64,000 nt of DNA from Amphiscolops sp. MND2022 (taxonomy: Eukaryota). Location of the stretch: positions 55,182,001-55,246,000 of the forward strand of contig OZ076409.1 in assembly GCA_964187785.1 (NCBI GenBank), given 5' to 3'. The notes beneath the pieces are model-generated. The model made no database searches and had not been told where the DNA came from. It worked only from the letters and a program-made list of their open reading frames with translations. The position numbers and the translations under genes were made by a program. Within the stretch, counting starts at the first letter, position 1, and each line of letters begins with the position of its first letter. This document shows positions 1-13,520 of the stretch, one piece after another.

Positions 1-479
1 GCAAGTAAAATGTGAGTACACTTTAACAAGTAAACGAGTTTGAATAATCTATTGCTACAGCTTATTTTACTCCCTGTCCAAGTTTCAATTAGCCAATGAG
101 AATGGAGCTATTCTACGCATTTTTTCTAGCCGGACAGACTTAACGTCTGTCACAGTATAAGTGTCATTTTCATTGTTTACTCTAGACATGAAGTGTTGAT
201 AGTTGTAATATAAACTGTAAATAGTGCATAAATCCCCATCATGTAAATCTTTGACCCGCAAGTCTACCCTACCCGCCTTTTGCCAATAAACCTTTGATGC
301 TATTTTTGTATCATAATTATAGTAACGTAATTCTTACGTCAGTTCAGGGGGGGCTATTTCTGAAACCCTATGTGCTTTTTATAGACGGCTGATGAGCATA
401 AGTTTGCGTCTCACGGTCTTCTAACGAAAAAAAGGGTCTGTCCAAGCCTAGGGACACAATTTGATTTGCGATACACGAG

Positions 480-3400
480 TTGATTACGATTGATTCACTT
501 TTTACTTGTTGAATAACTTCCTTCCTTAGTACTTGTTGAACTTTACCATTCATATTCCACAAAAAAACCACATCTCCAATAAAGCTTTTGACTGGGAAGG
601 AAAATGCGTCTTCGGCGATAAAACTCAAAGTTTGGTGTATGATATTTTCATCTTGAACATGTCTAAGAGGCATGTCCAAGAAAAACTGTGCAATGAACTG
701 AAAGAAAAACCTGCCGAAGCATTAGAAAATGCAATAGCGTTGGCAAACGATATTAGAAAACAGAAGACAATCGGACAGCTGACTTCTATGAAAATCAGAA
801 AACAACCGGTATATGCAGTCACAAGCCAGGAAAACAAATAAGAATGCTGAAGATGCGGTGCCGGGAAATTTAAATCAGCAAACATGAAGGTTGGCATGTC
901 CCGAAACGAATTCTAATTATTATTGCGGCATAAAAGGCCATTTTTAGAATTGTTGTACTTCGAAGCAGAGGGACAAGTTGAAGAAAACTGACATTCCAAG
1001 AAAAAGAGACAGACGTGACCGAAGTGCAAAAAAAGTCCAAAGAGTATCTTATTAGGGCGAAGACGAAGATTCTGAAAATGATGAATTGGTCCTAATTGTG
1101 GAAATTGAAGGTGCATAAAGCACTAAATGGAAGGATGGATAAATGGTTTTCGTTTCAAAAGCATGATTGTTACTGGCCCACCAGTAACAACATTTGCGTT
1201 AGATAAAAGGTAAAATGGAGGAAGATGTCGATTGCATTGGAAAGCACCTTATTTTACTGGGATATGTTTGCCAACTACAAGTGAGGGAAAGCTTATAAAG
1301 AAAGCGCTTGAGCTACTCGCATGACAGAGGCATGAAATCAATAGTGGATGAATTAGACATTATTGCAGTTGAGAAGGAGGCAAAAAAATTAGGCACATAA
1401 ACAAAATCTTTAGTAAACAAATTTCCACAGTTGTTTTTGAGAAAAGGAAAAGTGAAAGATCATGAGATCCGAAAAAAATGAAAGACGACGCCGTAATCTC
1501 GCAGCAAAATAAAAGAAGGATACCAATCCCAATGCAAAAAGCGGTAGACGCGGAAATAAAACGTCTATTAGAAAAACGGTCATTCTCGAAAAGTCGCTGA
1601 AATTAAGGTTGAAGTTTTCATCCACCAACTGTTATAACTGTGAAGAAAGACCGGTCAGTAAAAACTGCGGTGGTTGCGAGAGCCTTAAAAAAGCCATCGA
1701 AGACAAATACCATGTACCAAACTGAGAAAGTCTGATAGAAACGATAGCCAAAATGCTATATAATACCAATGGGGAGGCTTGGTATTCATCAGTTGATTTA
1801 ACATATGTTTATGGACAAGTCCCTTTACATGCGCTAACGGCGAAGCATTGCAATTTTCACATTATCGGCGGAGAATCAACGGGCACGTATCATTTCGTAA
1901 CAGGTTTTTTTGTCTGACGATTATGCCGACAGAATTTCAAAAGGTTATGGATAACCCTTCAGCTAGATTTAGAGAAGACTCGTTTTGAGCGATGACAATT
2001 TATTAGTAACCAGAGGAAGGAACGAAGATGCAACATATGGCAAAAATGCGTGAAAGACTCAGAACTCTTGACTTATCAAGTTTGCTAAAAAAGGCAGAAA
2101 GGTGTAAAGTTGCACAAAATCAAATTGAAAGGCTTGTTTTTGAACTGAAAAGTTCGGCAATTTCGCCAATTAATCTTAAAGTGCAAGGTATCACCGAAAA
2201 GCCGCGGTCGACGAATTGGAAAGAACTGAGATCATACTTCGGCGCAGTCAATCAAAAAAATTATTCCAGACTTAGCGGGAGAATTCTCTTTAGAGACATT
2301 TGAAAGAAAGATTAATAATGAAACTGGTCCTTAGAGCATGAGAAAGCCTATGAAAAAATAAACATGCGAGTGAAACAAGCCGGGAACGGCCAAAGTCGGC
2401 GCTATATTTTAGGCTCAAAATCGTAAAAGGTTGGCACTTTGAGCTTTGTGAAACTCCAGTTGGTTGCAAAGTTTCAGAAAAAAAATAAAGAGTGGGTCCC
2501 TTGGAGATTTTTAAATTTTCCGAAAAGAATTTCAAAAATGAGACATTTGAACAGTGTCACAGTGCCGAAAAATGTAAAAGGGGGTACCCGTTGGGATTTT
2601 TTGACATCCATTGTGTTGCAAAATATCGAAACAAACGAAGGGGAGACTCTTTGGTGGAATCCAAAAAAGTTCAAAAGTCGCCGAAAAAAATCCGAGTGAA
2701 AAACACAACGGGGTCCTATGTTTTCGAGGTTCTGAACGTCAATGTTTTTGTTTTGGACGAGATTCTGGCGCTTCGAGTATGTTTTGAAGTCCGTAGTTCA
2801 AGTTCATGATCTTGAACAAACGAACAAAAAAGAAAAAAGTGGACCAATCGCGTTGACTTCACGAAAAAAAGCTAGACACTGGAACATTTGTGTATTTTCT
2901 TCGAAAACGCTGACTAAAAAATAGTTGAATCAAGACACATCAAACGAAATCGACTGTTAAGAATAATCTGCAACATAAGCAAGCAAGAGCTTGGAGTGCT
3001 ACTCCGAAAAGAAGAGACGAATATTTGGAATCCGATTGCGTACGGATCGCGGTTTTTGACAGATTTGGTAGCAATGCTTTCGATAAATGATTTGAACTAT
3101 CTAGCGGTTGTGTGGTCAGTAGAACGTTCCAAAAATTACGTATACGGGATTGAATGCGAAATAGTATCAGGACATAAAACGTGTGCTAAAAGCAAATATA
3201 TCCAACGAATGTTTTTCGAGCTGTTTAACCAGATGGGTAGACAAATTACTTCCGTTCGATTTTCAGTTTTACTGTAGTACTAACACCGGAAAGAACGCTA
3301 GGAATGGTGGATTATTTCTCACGTCACCCATCCCCATACAGCGGCACACTTAAAAAATTGGAGCAGATGTTTAACGATTGGTATACAATAAATGTAGAGA

Positions 3401-5050
3401 ATGAAATTGCAAAAGATTCCAATGAAGCAATTTTAGTGAACGCAAAGCAACAAACAAAAGATAAGAACAAAGTTTTCTACAAATCAGATGCTAGATCGCG
3501 CGTACTGACTGTACCTCAGCGGAACGGAAGAGTGGAGCAAAACGACAAAGTAAATGTTAGTGGCATTTTTTATTCAAGGGTATACATTAAAACAAGGGTA
3601 ACAACTTCAAGTGATCGCAGCATTTCACGAAAAAGTAATGTTTACGTACAAGCGAACTATGGAAACGACAGACATCTTCAGAAAGGTACTGAATTACTGG
3701 AAACTCATGACGCGGCGCAGGTTGACACGATTCACTTTACCTTGACGAAAGGCTCGGTGTTCCTAAGGATATGGGACAGAACATGTTAACCGCAATCCAC
3801 TTTCTGCACGCTTGCAGATATGCCATGCTGATGGAGGCGGCGGTTGTCGGGTGGCCATGAATCCACTGCGTTTTTATTGAAAAGGTCAACTCTGCCGATA
3901 ATGTTGCCAAGCAGGTTAGAATTTAAAGTGTTTGAAAAGGCAAAACAAACTTGGAAAAATACCAATTGCTGAAAAAGCGAAAAAGGAAATATCATTAAAG
4001 TTTGTTGGTCTTTTCCAAAAGGGGCCGCAAGGGAAAAAGTACAAACGTGTGTCAGTGGATAATGACTCAGGATGGCCGGAGGCCTAATTTTGAACTAATC
4101 CAAATGCTGAGAAGGTCGTAGTGTTTCTACAAGAATATGCGTCTCATCATGGTTTTCCCCAAAGAGTAAGAACGGAGTCAGGAACGGCGTTTGAAAGTGA
4201 CAATTTTGGAAAAATTTAAATTTTTGCAGAGACAAATTATTGAAGCAGGTGGTCTGCCCATTAAGGGACTAGAGAGGAAATGGGAAAGTTGAACCAATGA
4301 TTAGAACCATATATAAAGGCTAAGAACAGACAAAAGGGTAGTTTTAGAAAGGAAGCTCAAAAATCTGGCAAGGATTTTGTCGCTCTAAGAACAGAGATTT
4401 GTAAGATAGGAAGTCGGCGTTTAAACGTCACAACGTCTGGAATGGTCTTTGATTTTATTTCAAAAAAGAGCCAAACCTCCAAATCAAGGAACAGGATTTT
4501 AGCTCCGACGCTGATTCAACCGTGCTCTTTCGAGAAAACGCAAGAGGGTTAAAACTGGAAGGGACTTTCTCAAAAAAAAGGACGCGTGGTGGTCGAATCA
4601 TGAAATACAGTAATAAATCAGCCGAACAAAGGCCAACTAATCATCCTATCGAATTTGGATGTAGCCTGAAATTAGGAAGAAAAGCGAGATCATCAGTCGA
4701 CAGAATAGTGGAAAAAGTCGTGAGAAACCAAAGTAAAAAAAGGCGAGTAAGACAAAATTGCCGAAATTGAAAAAGAGTACGTATACAAATCAATCGTTTT
4801 CAAGTGAAGAGGTAGAAGAGATGGCGGGAGAAAAAACTGCTGCCGAGCCATCAGTAGCGAGCGAGACGCCAGCGGAAACTGGTGTCAATGAAAGTTTAGA
4901 GAACCTCGTGGAAATTCGAAAAGCACAAGAAACAGAACTGGAAGAAGGAGAAATCGCTAAGGCAACGAAGTCCAAAACAAAGACAATCGCGTATGGTTAG
5001 GCGGATGAAGTAGATGTGATCCTGAAACCATGCCAGTTGAAGGCGAAGTC
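480..5050 (+). mobile_element. Heavily degraded Ty3/Gypsy LTR retrotransposon internal region
   Basis: Broken frames in Gypsy order: gag-like 533-841; RT remnants near 1770-1960 (WYSSVDL..YGQVPL, IMPTEFQKVMD); RNase H at 2996-3330 (PIAYGSRFL..LAVVWSVE..NYVYG, DYFSRHP); integrase remnants near 4050-4300 (HGFPQRVRTE, GNGKVE). Many stops and frameshifts. LTRs not resolved. Confidence 0.75.
2374..2922 (+). mobile_element. Non-autonomous Helentron-like (HINE/DINE-1-like) element inserted in the Gypsy RT/RNase H region
   Basis: Starts AACAAGCCGGGAACGGCCAAAGTCGGCGCTA and ends AAACGCTGACTAAAAA. Shares these termini and internal AAAGGGGGACCC repeats with other copies in the window. Confidence 0.6.
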
Positions 5051-5643
5051 ATCTGGGAAGGCACAGAAGTGCAAACCCGATCAGGACGGGTAATCAGGAG
5101 ACCTATGTGGCTGGGGCAAAATATTGATTGGCAAGGTTGAAATAGGAAAACTTTTAATCATAAACCTTTCACCTTATTACAATATTATATTACATTTTTT
5201 GTTAGTAATTGGCAATTTTACGTTTTTATCATTATTATTAAAACCTTCTGTTGCGTTGTATCTCTGAATGACATTTGCGTAAATCCACAGAATTTGTAAC
5301 TCTAGTCTTTGTATTCAAACAGAGGAATGTGGTAGAATTGTAAATTAGCACCAATTCACTTGCATTTGCCACATCTGATCTTTTTGCTACTCCTAGTAAG
5401 CTTCAACACCTATCATAACTTTCACAATATTTATCGCATAATTTTTAAACAACCATAATTTTAAACTAGATATGAAACCTAAGAAACTTTTACGTTTATC
5501 ATTTTTCAAAAGTCACTGCCGCTTTTGATATATTTGATTCTGAGATGTCATATAGTGCTATCAATAATATCACTTCTATAGATGAATTTGTATTGCTCGC
5601 AGCTTTAAGTGAAGTTTGATAGGAATGTATGATCATGATAAGT

Positions 5644-5794
5644 TTAGAGATCAACGAATCCAGGGTTGTGCACAAGTTGGAGGGTGTCACTGGCACTGGT
5701 GTCACAGTAGGAGTATAGCCCTTTCTCTTGACGGCGATGCTGGCATTCGGTCCCATCAACAAGCTACCATCCATCGTCGTAGTGAAGTGCACAC
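5644..5794 (-). pseudogene. L2HGDH: L-2-hydroxyglutarate dehydrogenase-like gene fragment (frameshifted)
   Basis: Minus-strand GVHFTTTMDGSLLMGPNASIAVKRKGY resembles L2HGDH [27 protein letters not shown]. Similarity continues after a frameshift as YSYCDTSASDTLQLVHNPGFV, then a TAA. Preceded by a ttctcAG acceptor-like site. Confidence 0.7.
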
Positions 5795-6299
5795 CTGAGA
5801 AGCGTATCACTATACTACGGGGGGCTGAAATGCCAGTACAAACAGATACTTTTTGATGAAACATTTACTCAAGGTGTTTTAGGATCATGTCTGGTCCAAT
5901 TTTTGTCAAATCTGCGGAACTAAACATCCGAGCACAAAATCAGTTGAATTCACTATTAGTGTGACAAAAAATGATGTTGAAAACGATTCATTTCCGGCAA
6001 AAACGTGACTACTGCGAGTATATTATCGTCTCAAAAAATTAAATCTTTTCGGTTTCACGAATTCCTATTACGCCCAATCAACCAATGTCATGTTGCAAAT
6101 TTTCAGAACGAACTTCTCTGTATGAATCCCCGGTATGACTGACGTGGATCAACTCTGTAGAGCTACTAACAAAGTTCAGCATCGAAATGTAAACTTATTC
6201 AACAGTTCATCAACTATCAGGGATCTGTGCTTTATAATGTCAAGCGAACTACTGCAACTTTGCATGAAGATGTGAATACTTAGAGAGTTCGAACGAATC

Positions 6300-6485
6300 G
6301 GAGGGATAAGATCGGGAGGAATCGGGGAATAAGATCTAAAATAATATTTAAAATTGTGACGTGCTCAACTTCGAAAAGGGGAATAAGATCTAAAATTTCA
6401 GATCTCATTCCCTTCAAATCTTATTCTTTAGATAAGGGGAATAAGATCTAAAAGGCGTTTATTTTAGATCTTATTCCCCCCTCTA
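6300..6485. mobile_element. Palindromic MITE with 9-bp TSD (Mutator-like)
   Basis: Direct repeat GAACGAATC at 6291-6299 and 6486-6494. Internal GGGAATAAGATCT / AGATCTTATTCCC inverted repeats. Confidence 0.55.
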
Positions 6486-7724
6486 GAACGAATCAAGTTC
6501 TACTTACATGACGTGAAAATAAGCTTCATTCTAGATAACCACGACCTACTGAAGATAGTTATAGATGAAAAAGAAATCTAGAGAACTGCCAAAGTTTGGT
6601 ACGAATTAACATCGTTTTCCTTTAGACGCTGAACTACTTTCTTCAGTTTTTAGAATAAAGAAACATTTACATTCTATGATTTTTAGAGCACTAGTCCATA
6701 TGCCGATGTTTAAGTCTTCATCATCATTCAATGATCCTGGGCATGGCGAACCATGGGTCACGAATGCCAAGCCATGATCTGTAAACCTGGGTTATGTTGT
6801 CGTTTAATCAGCAGTCCAAAATTAGAAATGGAGCCTCAATCTTCAGTGTTTTGAGTCAACTGTGAAAATGTTGCTATTAGTGAAGTTGTGATTTCTAATC
6901 AATCTTCCATAAAAACATTTGTGCAAATTGGGTCAATTTCAAATAGGAACAAACAAGTAGGAAAGTTTGCATTTCAACTATGGTACAAGTGATATCTAAC
7001 AACTGAGTTGCGTTGAGTTGATTGGAAGAGCAATGACTAAAAAAGAAAACAAAACTAATGGAAGCAACTAATTGGGAATGGAAAGATTCAGCAGCACAAT
7101 TTAAGTAACCGGCCAAGCCACAGACAGCACCAAGAGTGTTCTTAATAACTTTTGTTAACGCTGTAAGTAAAGCACTGGTGTGTTTTCAACAGCCAACGGA
7201 ACAAATTGAATGCATCTGTAGAAAAAACAATCAAAGAAGACTCCTGATACTTTACAAAGTACAAAAGTTACAGAAACACAAACTGGAATGAAGTTGATAT
7301 GCATACAGGATGATATGTAATGAGCTGAGTGAGCGTCCAATAACTTGCATGACGAACAGCTGAATTGATGCCGTCACGTTTTTGGGTTTGAGGTTCCAAA
7401 CCCTGCTGCTATTTTACAAACAAATCATTTTAATTTCAAGGCAAAACTTGAGCTCATTTGTGGTATACAGTAGACGACATCAGCTGAGGAAGCATCACGT
7501 CCAAGTCACTAACACACAAGGCAATTTGAGACATTATTAGCCCCCACATCAGACGAAAGGAAACATGATAGCTCGCAGTTTGGACTCATTTGTTGAGTTT
7601 GCAAATCTGTGATTTTTCATCACCTGTTCAACTTATTTCATCTCAATCAACATGTACATGAAACACAATAAGAGGTTGTTGGGTTAAGCATTTGGGGGTT
7701 GAACTTGTTCGATCGCAAGACTCG

Positions 7725-7781
7725 TCAAAACTTGAGTGCATAAACATCTCCTGAGACGGCACCCACATACACAAACGAGTC
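7725..7781 (-). CDS. WDR31: WDR31-like gene, putative last coding exon (DSFVYVGAVSGDVYALKF*)
   Basis: Starts after ccTAG and encodes a beta-strand-like WD40 end. Joins in phase 0 to the previous exon only if a GC donor (CAG|GCAGGA at 9738) is used. Confidence 0.45.
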   Translation of the reverse strand, partial: DSFVYVGAVSGDVYALKF

Positions 7782-9219
7782 CTAGGCGCCATTGCAGGGT
7801 GACCACTTACAGACAGGGTGAGTCAAGGTCAAGTCAATCACACACACTTACACCTCACACTTCAGTTGCAATACACTAAACTGTAACATTTTTTTTTCAT
7901 TTTTGAATGACGAAAAATTACGGGACGATTCCACAGTAATCATCCAAACGGGTATGAGAAATTACACAATGTTGACTAAAAACGGAATCAGCAGAAACTA
8001 TTTTGAAGTGGCAATTCAATTATTCCAACAAAACGTTTCCATTTGATGTACAAGGTATTAGTCGTGGAAACACCAGCTTCCATTAGCATACTTTACGGCT
8101 TATCCATTTCAACTACACAGCAGTTCTCACTGCTAGGATAAATTTCATCATTCTGTACTTTGCGACAAAACGCAACAGAGCTTGGCCATAAGACCACCTC
8201 TGTTAACTGATTCAACATCGCCAGACGAACTCAGCATACTCCAATAAAAAGATACGTAACCAGGGTTGTTGAAATGCTAATCTTCGTTTCGTGCGATGTG
8301 TATTTGTAGAAATTTTTGGACTTATTGGTTACGACCAAAATGTCACCTAAACAGTAAAAAAATCCTATTTTTAACATTTTAATGCAGTTTTTGTACATTT
8401 TTGAATACTTTCGAGGGCTATTTCCAAAAAGTTTCAAGATGATGGAACAAGCAACCCAGGACGTTTTTGAAGAGATATCTGAAGTTTTCTGCTAAAGTGT
8501 CTCAAAATGATTCAAAACAATTTTAAAAATTTACAAATTTCCATTTTGCGATTTTTAAGGCAAATTTTGTGCACTTTTAAGAACGCCCCGAACGATAAAA
8601 TAATCCTGAGAGTTCAACGACGAATCAGCTAGCTAACTTGTACGTTGTTACGAAGAACATGCCGATGCATTTGTTACAAAGATGCTTTCGATATTTTTCT
8701 CCTCCCTTAGATGTTTTTGTCGATACGAACATCCATGGAATTCAAAAAACAATTTGGCTACTACACACTTTATTGGGAGTGTTTTTCAAAGGATGGCGTG
8801 AAATTTAAAAATGAAAGGTGAAGTTTGCATGTTCGGGGCGGAAAATAACCCGCTGATCAACGGGCGTCCTGTTAATTATTTTGTCCAAGTTTTTGAAACT
8901 ATGTGTTATGACCAGATTGAATCACTACAATTCAGCATTAGGTGCACAAAACTGAACTTGGAAGTATTTTCAGCAAAAAGACCATTTCAAAAATGTGTTT
9001 TTGGTGTACTTTTTGAAGGAGGCTTGGTAGAAATGCATCCAAAATAGCTGACCCAATGTGAATTGAGCCAGCAATGAAAAGCCTTGTCGTAACTGTTGTA
9101 CACAGAGGCGAAGCGGTGCTTCGCAACATATGACGAAGACATCGATTATTTTAATATGCGTATATATATTATTTTAATCGCATACGTATATATTCAACAG
9201 TTCAACTTTGTTCAATAAC

Positions 9220-9292
9220 GTCCCTATGGCACAGTGGTCACCACTTATGCCGTGCAATCGGGAGGCTGCAGGTTCGAATCTCTCTGGGGTTT
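9220..9292 (+). repeat. tRNA-like sequence (SINE head or tRNA pseudogene)
   Basis: A-box-like TGGCACAGTGG and B-box GGTTCGAATC at tRNA-like spacing. The cloverleaf stems are imperfect. Confidence 0.5.
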
Positions 9293-9411
9293 TGGCTTTT
9301 TTTTCTAAAAGGCGCTCATTATGAAGTTGACTATAGTGGAAAAAAAACTTACTTAGCTGGACTGCAATGCACATTGACTTCGTCATGTGCAATAACTGAG
9401 CGTATGCGTTT

Positions 9412-9670
9412 AACAAGCCGGAAACGACAAAAGTTTAAAAGTCTCAAAAGTACTCCGAAGAGTCAAGGATTTGCCTTTGAATAAATTCTACATTTCACAG
9501 TACCGAAAATAAATTTCAAAATACTTGGGATACAACGTCGGAAATTTGGCTAAAGCGTATATTTGTGAAATTATTTTGATAAGTTCGCATGGATTGAACG
9601 AGAATAATAAAACTGGCAAAAAGTCACTATAATAGGCGAGCTTTTTTCAATAAAGCGCTGACTAAAAAAA
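9412..9670 (+). mobile_element. Short HINE-like element copy
   Basis: AACAAGCCGGAAACG start; GTCACTATAATAGGCGAGCTTT...AAAGCGCTGACTAAAA end with a terminal hairpin. Confidence 0.5.
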
Positions 9671-9738
9671 CCTTCATCAGCCTATAATGAGGCCATAGGT
9701 GGTATAACTACTGTAGACTAGAATAGTGGTCATCCTGC

Positions 9739-9991
9739 CTGTCTGCATATATCGAGCGACACCAGCCCCGAGTACGTGGGCGGTCTCTTGGTGTCTACTG
9801 GACTCATCGGTGACGTCACATCCCACTTGTTGACAGTTGAGTCGTTGCTCACAGTGACAAAGTGTGAGCTACTCATTGGGAAGAATTTACATCTATGTAC
9901 AGTCTGCACGTGCGACTTGTACTCGAACATGAGCTTGCCAGTTCGCAGGTCCCACGTCGAAGCCTCGCATCCTTCACCGTCAAAGCCGTTG
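9739..9991 (-). CDS. WDR31: WDR31-like gene, coding exon 6
   Basis: NGFDGEGCEASTWDLRTGKLMFEYKSHVQTV matches WDR31 NGFGGEGCEATLWDLRQ...EYKGHFQTV. The tttAG acceptor is phase-compatible with the upstream exon (AG+C = Ser). Confidence 0.88.
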
Positions 9992-10032
9992 CTAAACAGA
10001 ACCACAAAGTATCAAATCAAATACATCGAATA

Positions 10033-10727
10033 AACCAGCCGGGACCGGCCCAAGTCGGTGCCATATCCAAGGCTCAAAAATAGTAAAAGGCTTCAAAGTG
10101 TCAAAGCTCTCTTCTACAGCACCCAAAAAAACCCAAAAAGGGACCGAATTGGCGCGCCAGGAGGGACACTTTGAGATTTTTCATCCATTGTCGCAAATCA
10201 TCAAAAACCTGAAGGGGGACCCTTTGGTGAAAGAAAAAATTTTGAACTTCTTTGAAAGTCTCACAATTCCGAAAAAACTGAAAGGGGGGACGGACGGGGA
10301 CCCTTTGGGATTTTTCAACATCCATTCTGTCGCAAAACTCCAAAAATTGAAAGGGGACCATTCGGTGATTTTTTTCGAAAAAAGTCTCAATGCCGGAAAA
10401 AACGGAAAGCGGACCCTTTTGGATTTTTCAACATTTCCGTCGCAAAACATCAAATTGAAAGAATGACCCTCTGGTGAAAAAAAACTTCCAAAAAAATTCC
10501 ACAATGCCTAAAAAACTGGAAGGGTGGACCCTTTAGTCTCGCCCGGTATTTTGTTACGCGGAAAAAAAGGAAAACCTTTTTGGTTCAGTTCCTTGGGCCA
10601 ACAGGTACAATTTGGCGTCAAAATTTTGTAAACTATTTTGGTCACTTCCGGTGTATCGAAAAAAAGCACATACGGAAAGCCATGACTATAGTCTACTCTT
10701 TTTTTTTAGAAAAGCGCCAACTGAAAA
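10033..10727 (+). mobile_element. HINE-like element copy in WDR31 intron
   Basis: Same 5' motif (..AAGTCGGTGCCATATCCAAGGCTCAAAAA) and 3' motif (GACTATAGTC...AAAAGCGCCAACT), with internal GGGGACCCTTT repeats. Confidence 0.6.
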
Positions 10728-11739
10728 GACAAAATTAGTCCGGCTCTGATAAATCCGGAATTAGAAAACATGGTTTTTGAAGCAGGAAAAGGTCACAAAT
10801 ACGCGACAGGAAAAAGATTAATGAACATTTGCGTTAGCTCGTCTAAACATGGGGCAACTACCGCTGCCGCTACCAATTCATGCAAAAAGCGCACCAAGGA
10901 GCAACGTTAACGGAAAAAAAGTTATTCCACGAGAAGTCTCCTGGAGTGAAAAAGTAACTACGCATCATGTCGGTAGCTCGAATGTTTCCGAAGATATAGT
11001 TGCTCAAAAAACTGGTGCTAAGATTCGATCTTTCAAGTTTTTTTAGAGGGAAAAGTCCATGTTGGAACATCCGTCAATAATTTGTTAACTGGAAGGTAGT
11101 CCAGAGCCGTGTTGATTTTTCTTTGAAAAAAGGAAACGCGCACCCGTAATGGAAGATGAGAAATAAGGGCTCAAAAACGAAAAAGTTGGTCAATGCCATG
11201 AAAAGAAAATTGCCGCTTGAAAATCGAATGGTAATGGGCGTACTTTCGCTTCCCCTAAACACAAGCGCTGAGGAGCTTAGCGCACGACTCGCCAAGAATC
11301 CGTTAAATAGGCCCTGCGGGGCACAGTATTATTTCTGCTTTTAGGCTTTCAACTTCAATAATAGAAGCATATCTTAATCATTTATATAGCGCACAAATAG
11401 TCAGTACCAGTTTACACCGCATTTAATTTTTCTCGGACTAAAGAAAATATAACTACTAAGCTTAGACGAAGTTTCTCATTCGCATTTGAATGCAGGCGAA
11501 GCTCTCGGCGAACAAAAATTAATACTCGTTCGCTTCATCTCAATAACTCGGCGTACGAAAGCATAATTACCACTGGCTCGTTCCATCGCACGCGAAACGA
11601 ATTGTTGTCCGCAGCTTGAGAAATTTAAATCTCACGCTTATAGTCACTGCCGAACAAATATCTGAATTATTCAGTATCGTGCGAAGAATTGTACTAAAAA
11701 AGTAGATATCGCAGAATTAATAATGAAGTGAAATTTTCG

Positions 11740-12340
11740 CCGCAGAAACCTAGGTTTCTACAAAACTCATATCAATTAAATTCTAGCTTCGAGTTTCCAG
11801 TCGGGTCCCTTTAAGAACTCTAGGGCGGAGTTCGGGAGAGTAGTGGGGTCATGGCGGTTATACATGACCAAGCCATTTCAGTCTGCGCTTCTGGATGGTC
11901 GTGGTGACGCTGCTATCGGGTTTAGAGAATTCCACGGATGTCAGAAGACTTGATAGGGCGCCTCGGGCGGAGAATAAATCTGGCGCATCTGATCTCAAAG
12001 CTGTAGTTTTTTAGATATTAGATGTCTTGAGGGGCCACGTTTCACAGCAATACAGTAGGGAGCTCCGGATGCAAGCGTGGTAAACTTTCGATTTGATCGT
12101 GGTTGAAATATCGCGGCTAAGGGCGTAAATTGGTCACAATTCAACACCCACCGTATTGTGGATAATGACTATGTTGTCTTTTAAAGAAACTTCACAAATG
12201 ATAATTTGATAAAACCATCTTTGGCAGTCAAAACACTTTTTTTCTGGTAATTCAGTTTGACAAATTTTCAGTTCTGGTACTGTTGATTTGACCAAACTAA
12301 AGCAACAAAACACTTGTCCCTAGACGATCGGGCCAAAAAT
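11740..12340 (-). mobile_element. Degraded non-LTR retrotransposon (RTE-like) 3' fragment
   Basis: Minus-strand peptides IRSSLLYCCETWPL and RRLKWLGHV match the LLYGxETW and RLRWxGHV motifs downstream of RTE-type RT domains. Boundaries are approximate. Confidence 0.6.
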
Positions 12341-12443
12341 GCCAAACCGTGTTGATAACTAATTGGTGGTTATTGGATAATGCTTGCAGCAGATGCACGG
12401 GAAGAGATAGATGTATATGACTAGTGTAGAATACTTAACACAC

Positions 12444-12597
12444 CTTGTTGAAACACACAATTTTCCATCGGCAGAGACATCACAACTTGTTTGTATCCAA
12501 TTTTTCCTGGGAAAGATCAAAACTGGTTGCATCTGTCGACTATCCCATAAGTACACTTGCTTGTCTTCCGAAGTCTGCACAAATTCCGTGACAGAGC
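12444..12597 (-). CDS. WDR31: WDR31-like gene, coding exon 5
   Basis: VQTSEDKQVYLWDSRQMQPVLIFPRKNWIQTSCDVSADGKLCVST matches WDR31 [44 protein letters not shown]. tttcAG acceptor and AG|GTGTGT donor. Confidence 0.9.
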
Positions 12598-12734
12598 CTG
12601 AAAGTAACAAGGCAGCATCTTCACAACAACCACTTCCATTCCCACTCCACGAGCAGTCATTGTTTGAGGCACTTAAAATGAACAAATTGGTGGCGTACTA
12701 CGTATTCAATATTGACCGTCAAGGAATGATTGTC

Positions 12735-13204
12735 TTTTTAGTTGGCGCATTTTGTGAACCAAAAAATGCCCGACCCTTAGTGACCCTTTTTCTCAAGACC
12801 ACAGACCTCACACTGAAAGGTCCACTTTTTTTTACAATTTCTCTAGGCCTTCTTACTTTACTAGAAAACAATCTCGAGTGCTTCCACCTTTGGGTACCTT
12901 AATTTTAAAAGCTTTTTTCGTTATCAGACATCTCAGTAGGTTTGGTTTTACTAGTTTTTTCGGCATTGAGACCTTTTCACTGGCTGGATTTTTTTTGTCG
13001 CCAAAGGGACAACTCTTTGGTTATTTTGATTTTTCTGCACCCAACTGGATGATAAAAAAGCCCAAATGGTCATCTTTCGCGTTTTTTGGCATTATCGAAA
13101 CGTTTTTTGTGAATTTTTGATAAAAAAACGTCTGAGCATATTCTAAAAACTTTGCCTTTTTTAGCCTTAGGTATAGCGCCGACTTTGAACGTTCTCGTCT
13201 TGTT
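12735..13204 (-). mobile_element. HINE-like element copy (minus strand)
   Basis: TTTAGTTGGCGC at the left end and AGCGCCGACTTTGAACGTTCTCGTCTTGTT at the right end, the reverse complement of the family termini. Confidence 0.55.
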
Positions 13205-13520
13205 CTTTTTTATGTAGAGCAATTTTAATCTCCACTAAGCTTCGTCTGTTCGTCAAATGACTTTGGTGTTGTACACAAATTGCGCTGTCGTCTGTGAATC
13301 CATATCAACTGTGATTAACATTCGAAAAGACGTCTTTTGACCCTATTTTTGAAGCAGATCTAATTTTTTTATTGCAATGTCTGACGGCGGCGACGACACG
13401 CAGCCACTGTGCCATGGAGTGCTTTGCTTTAATAGTTGATATGCGATGGGTGCTCCTAAAGAAGAACATGGAATACTTTCTAGACTTTTCACTTTGATGA
13501 ATGATCTGGCGCTGACTGAC

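Noticed and set aside
1..360. 5' LTR of the Gypsy remnant
   Set aside because: It has AATAAA and an LTR-like composition, but no matching second copy was found near 5100-5450.
9220..9292. Functional tRNA gene
   Set aside because: The A and B boxes are present, but the acceptor and anticodon stems do not pair properly.
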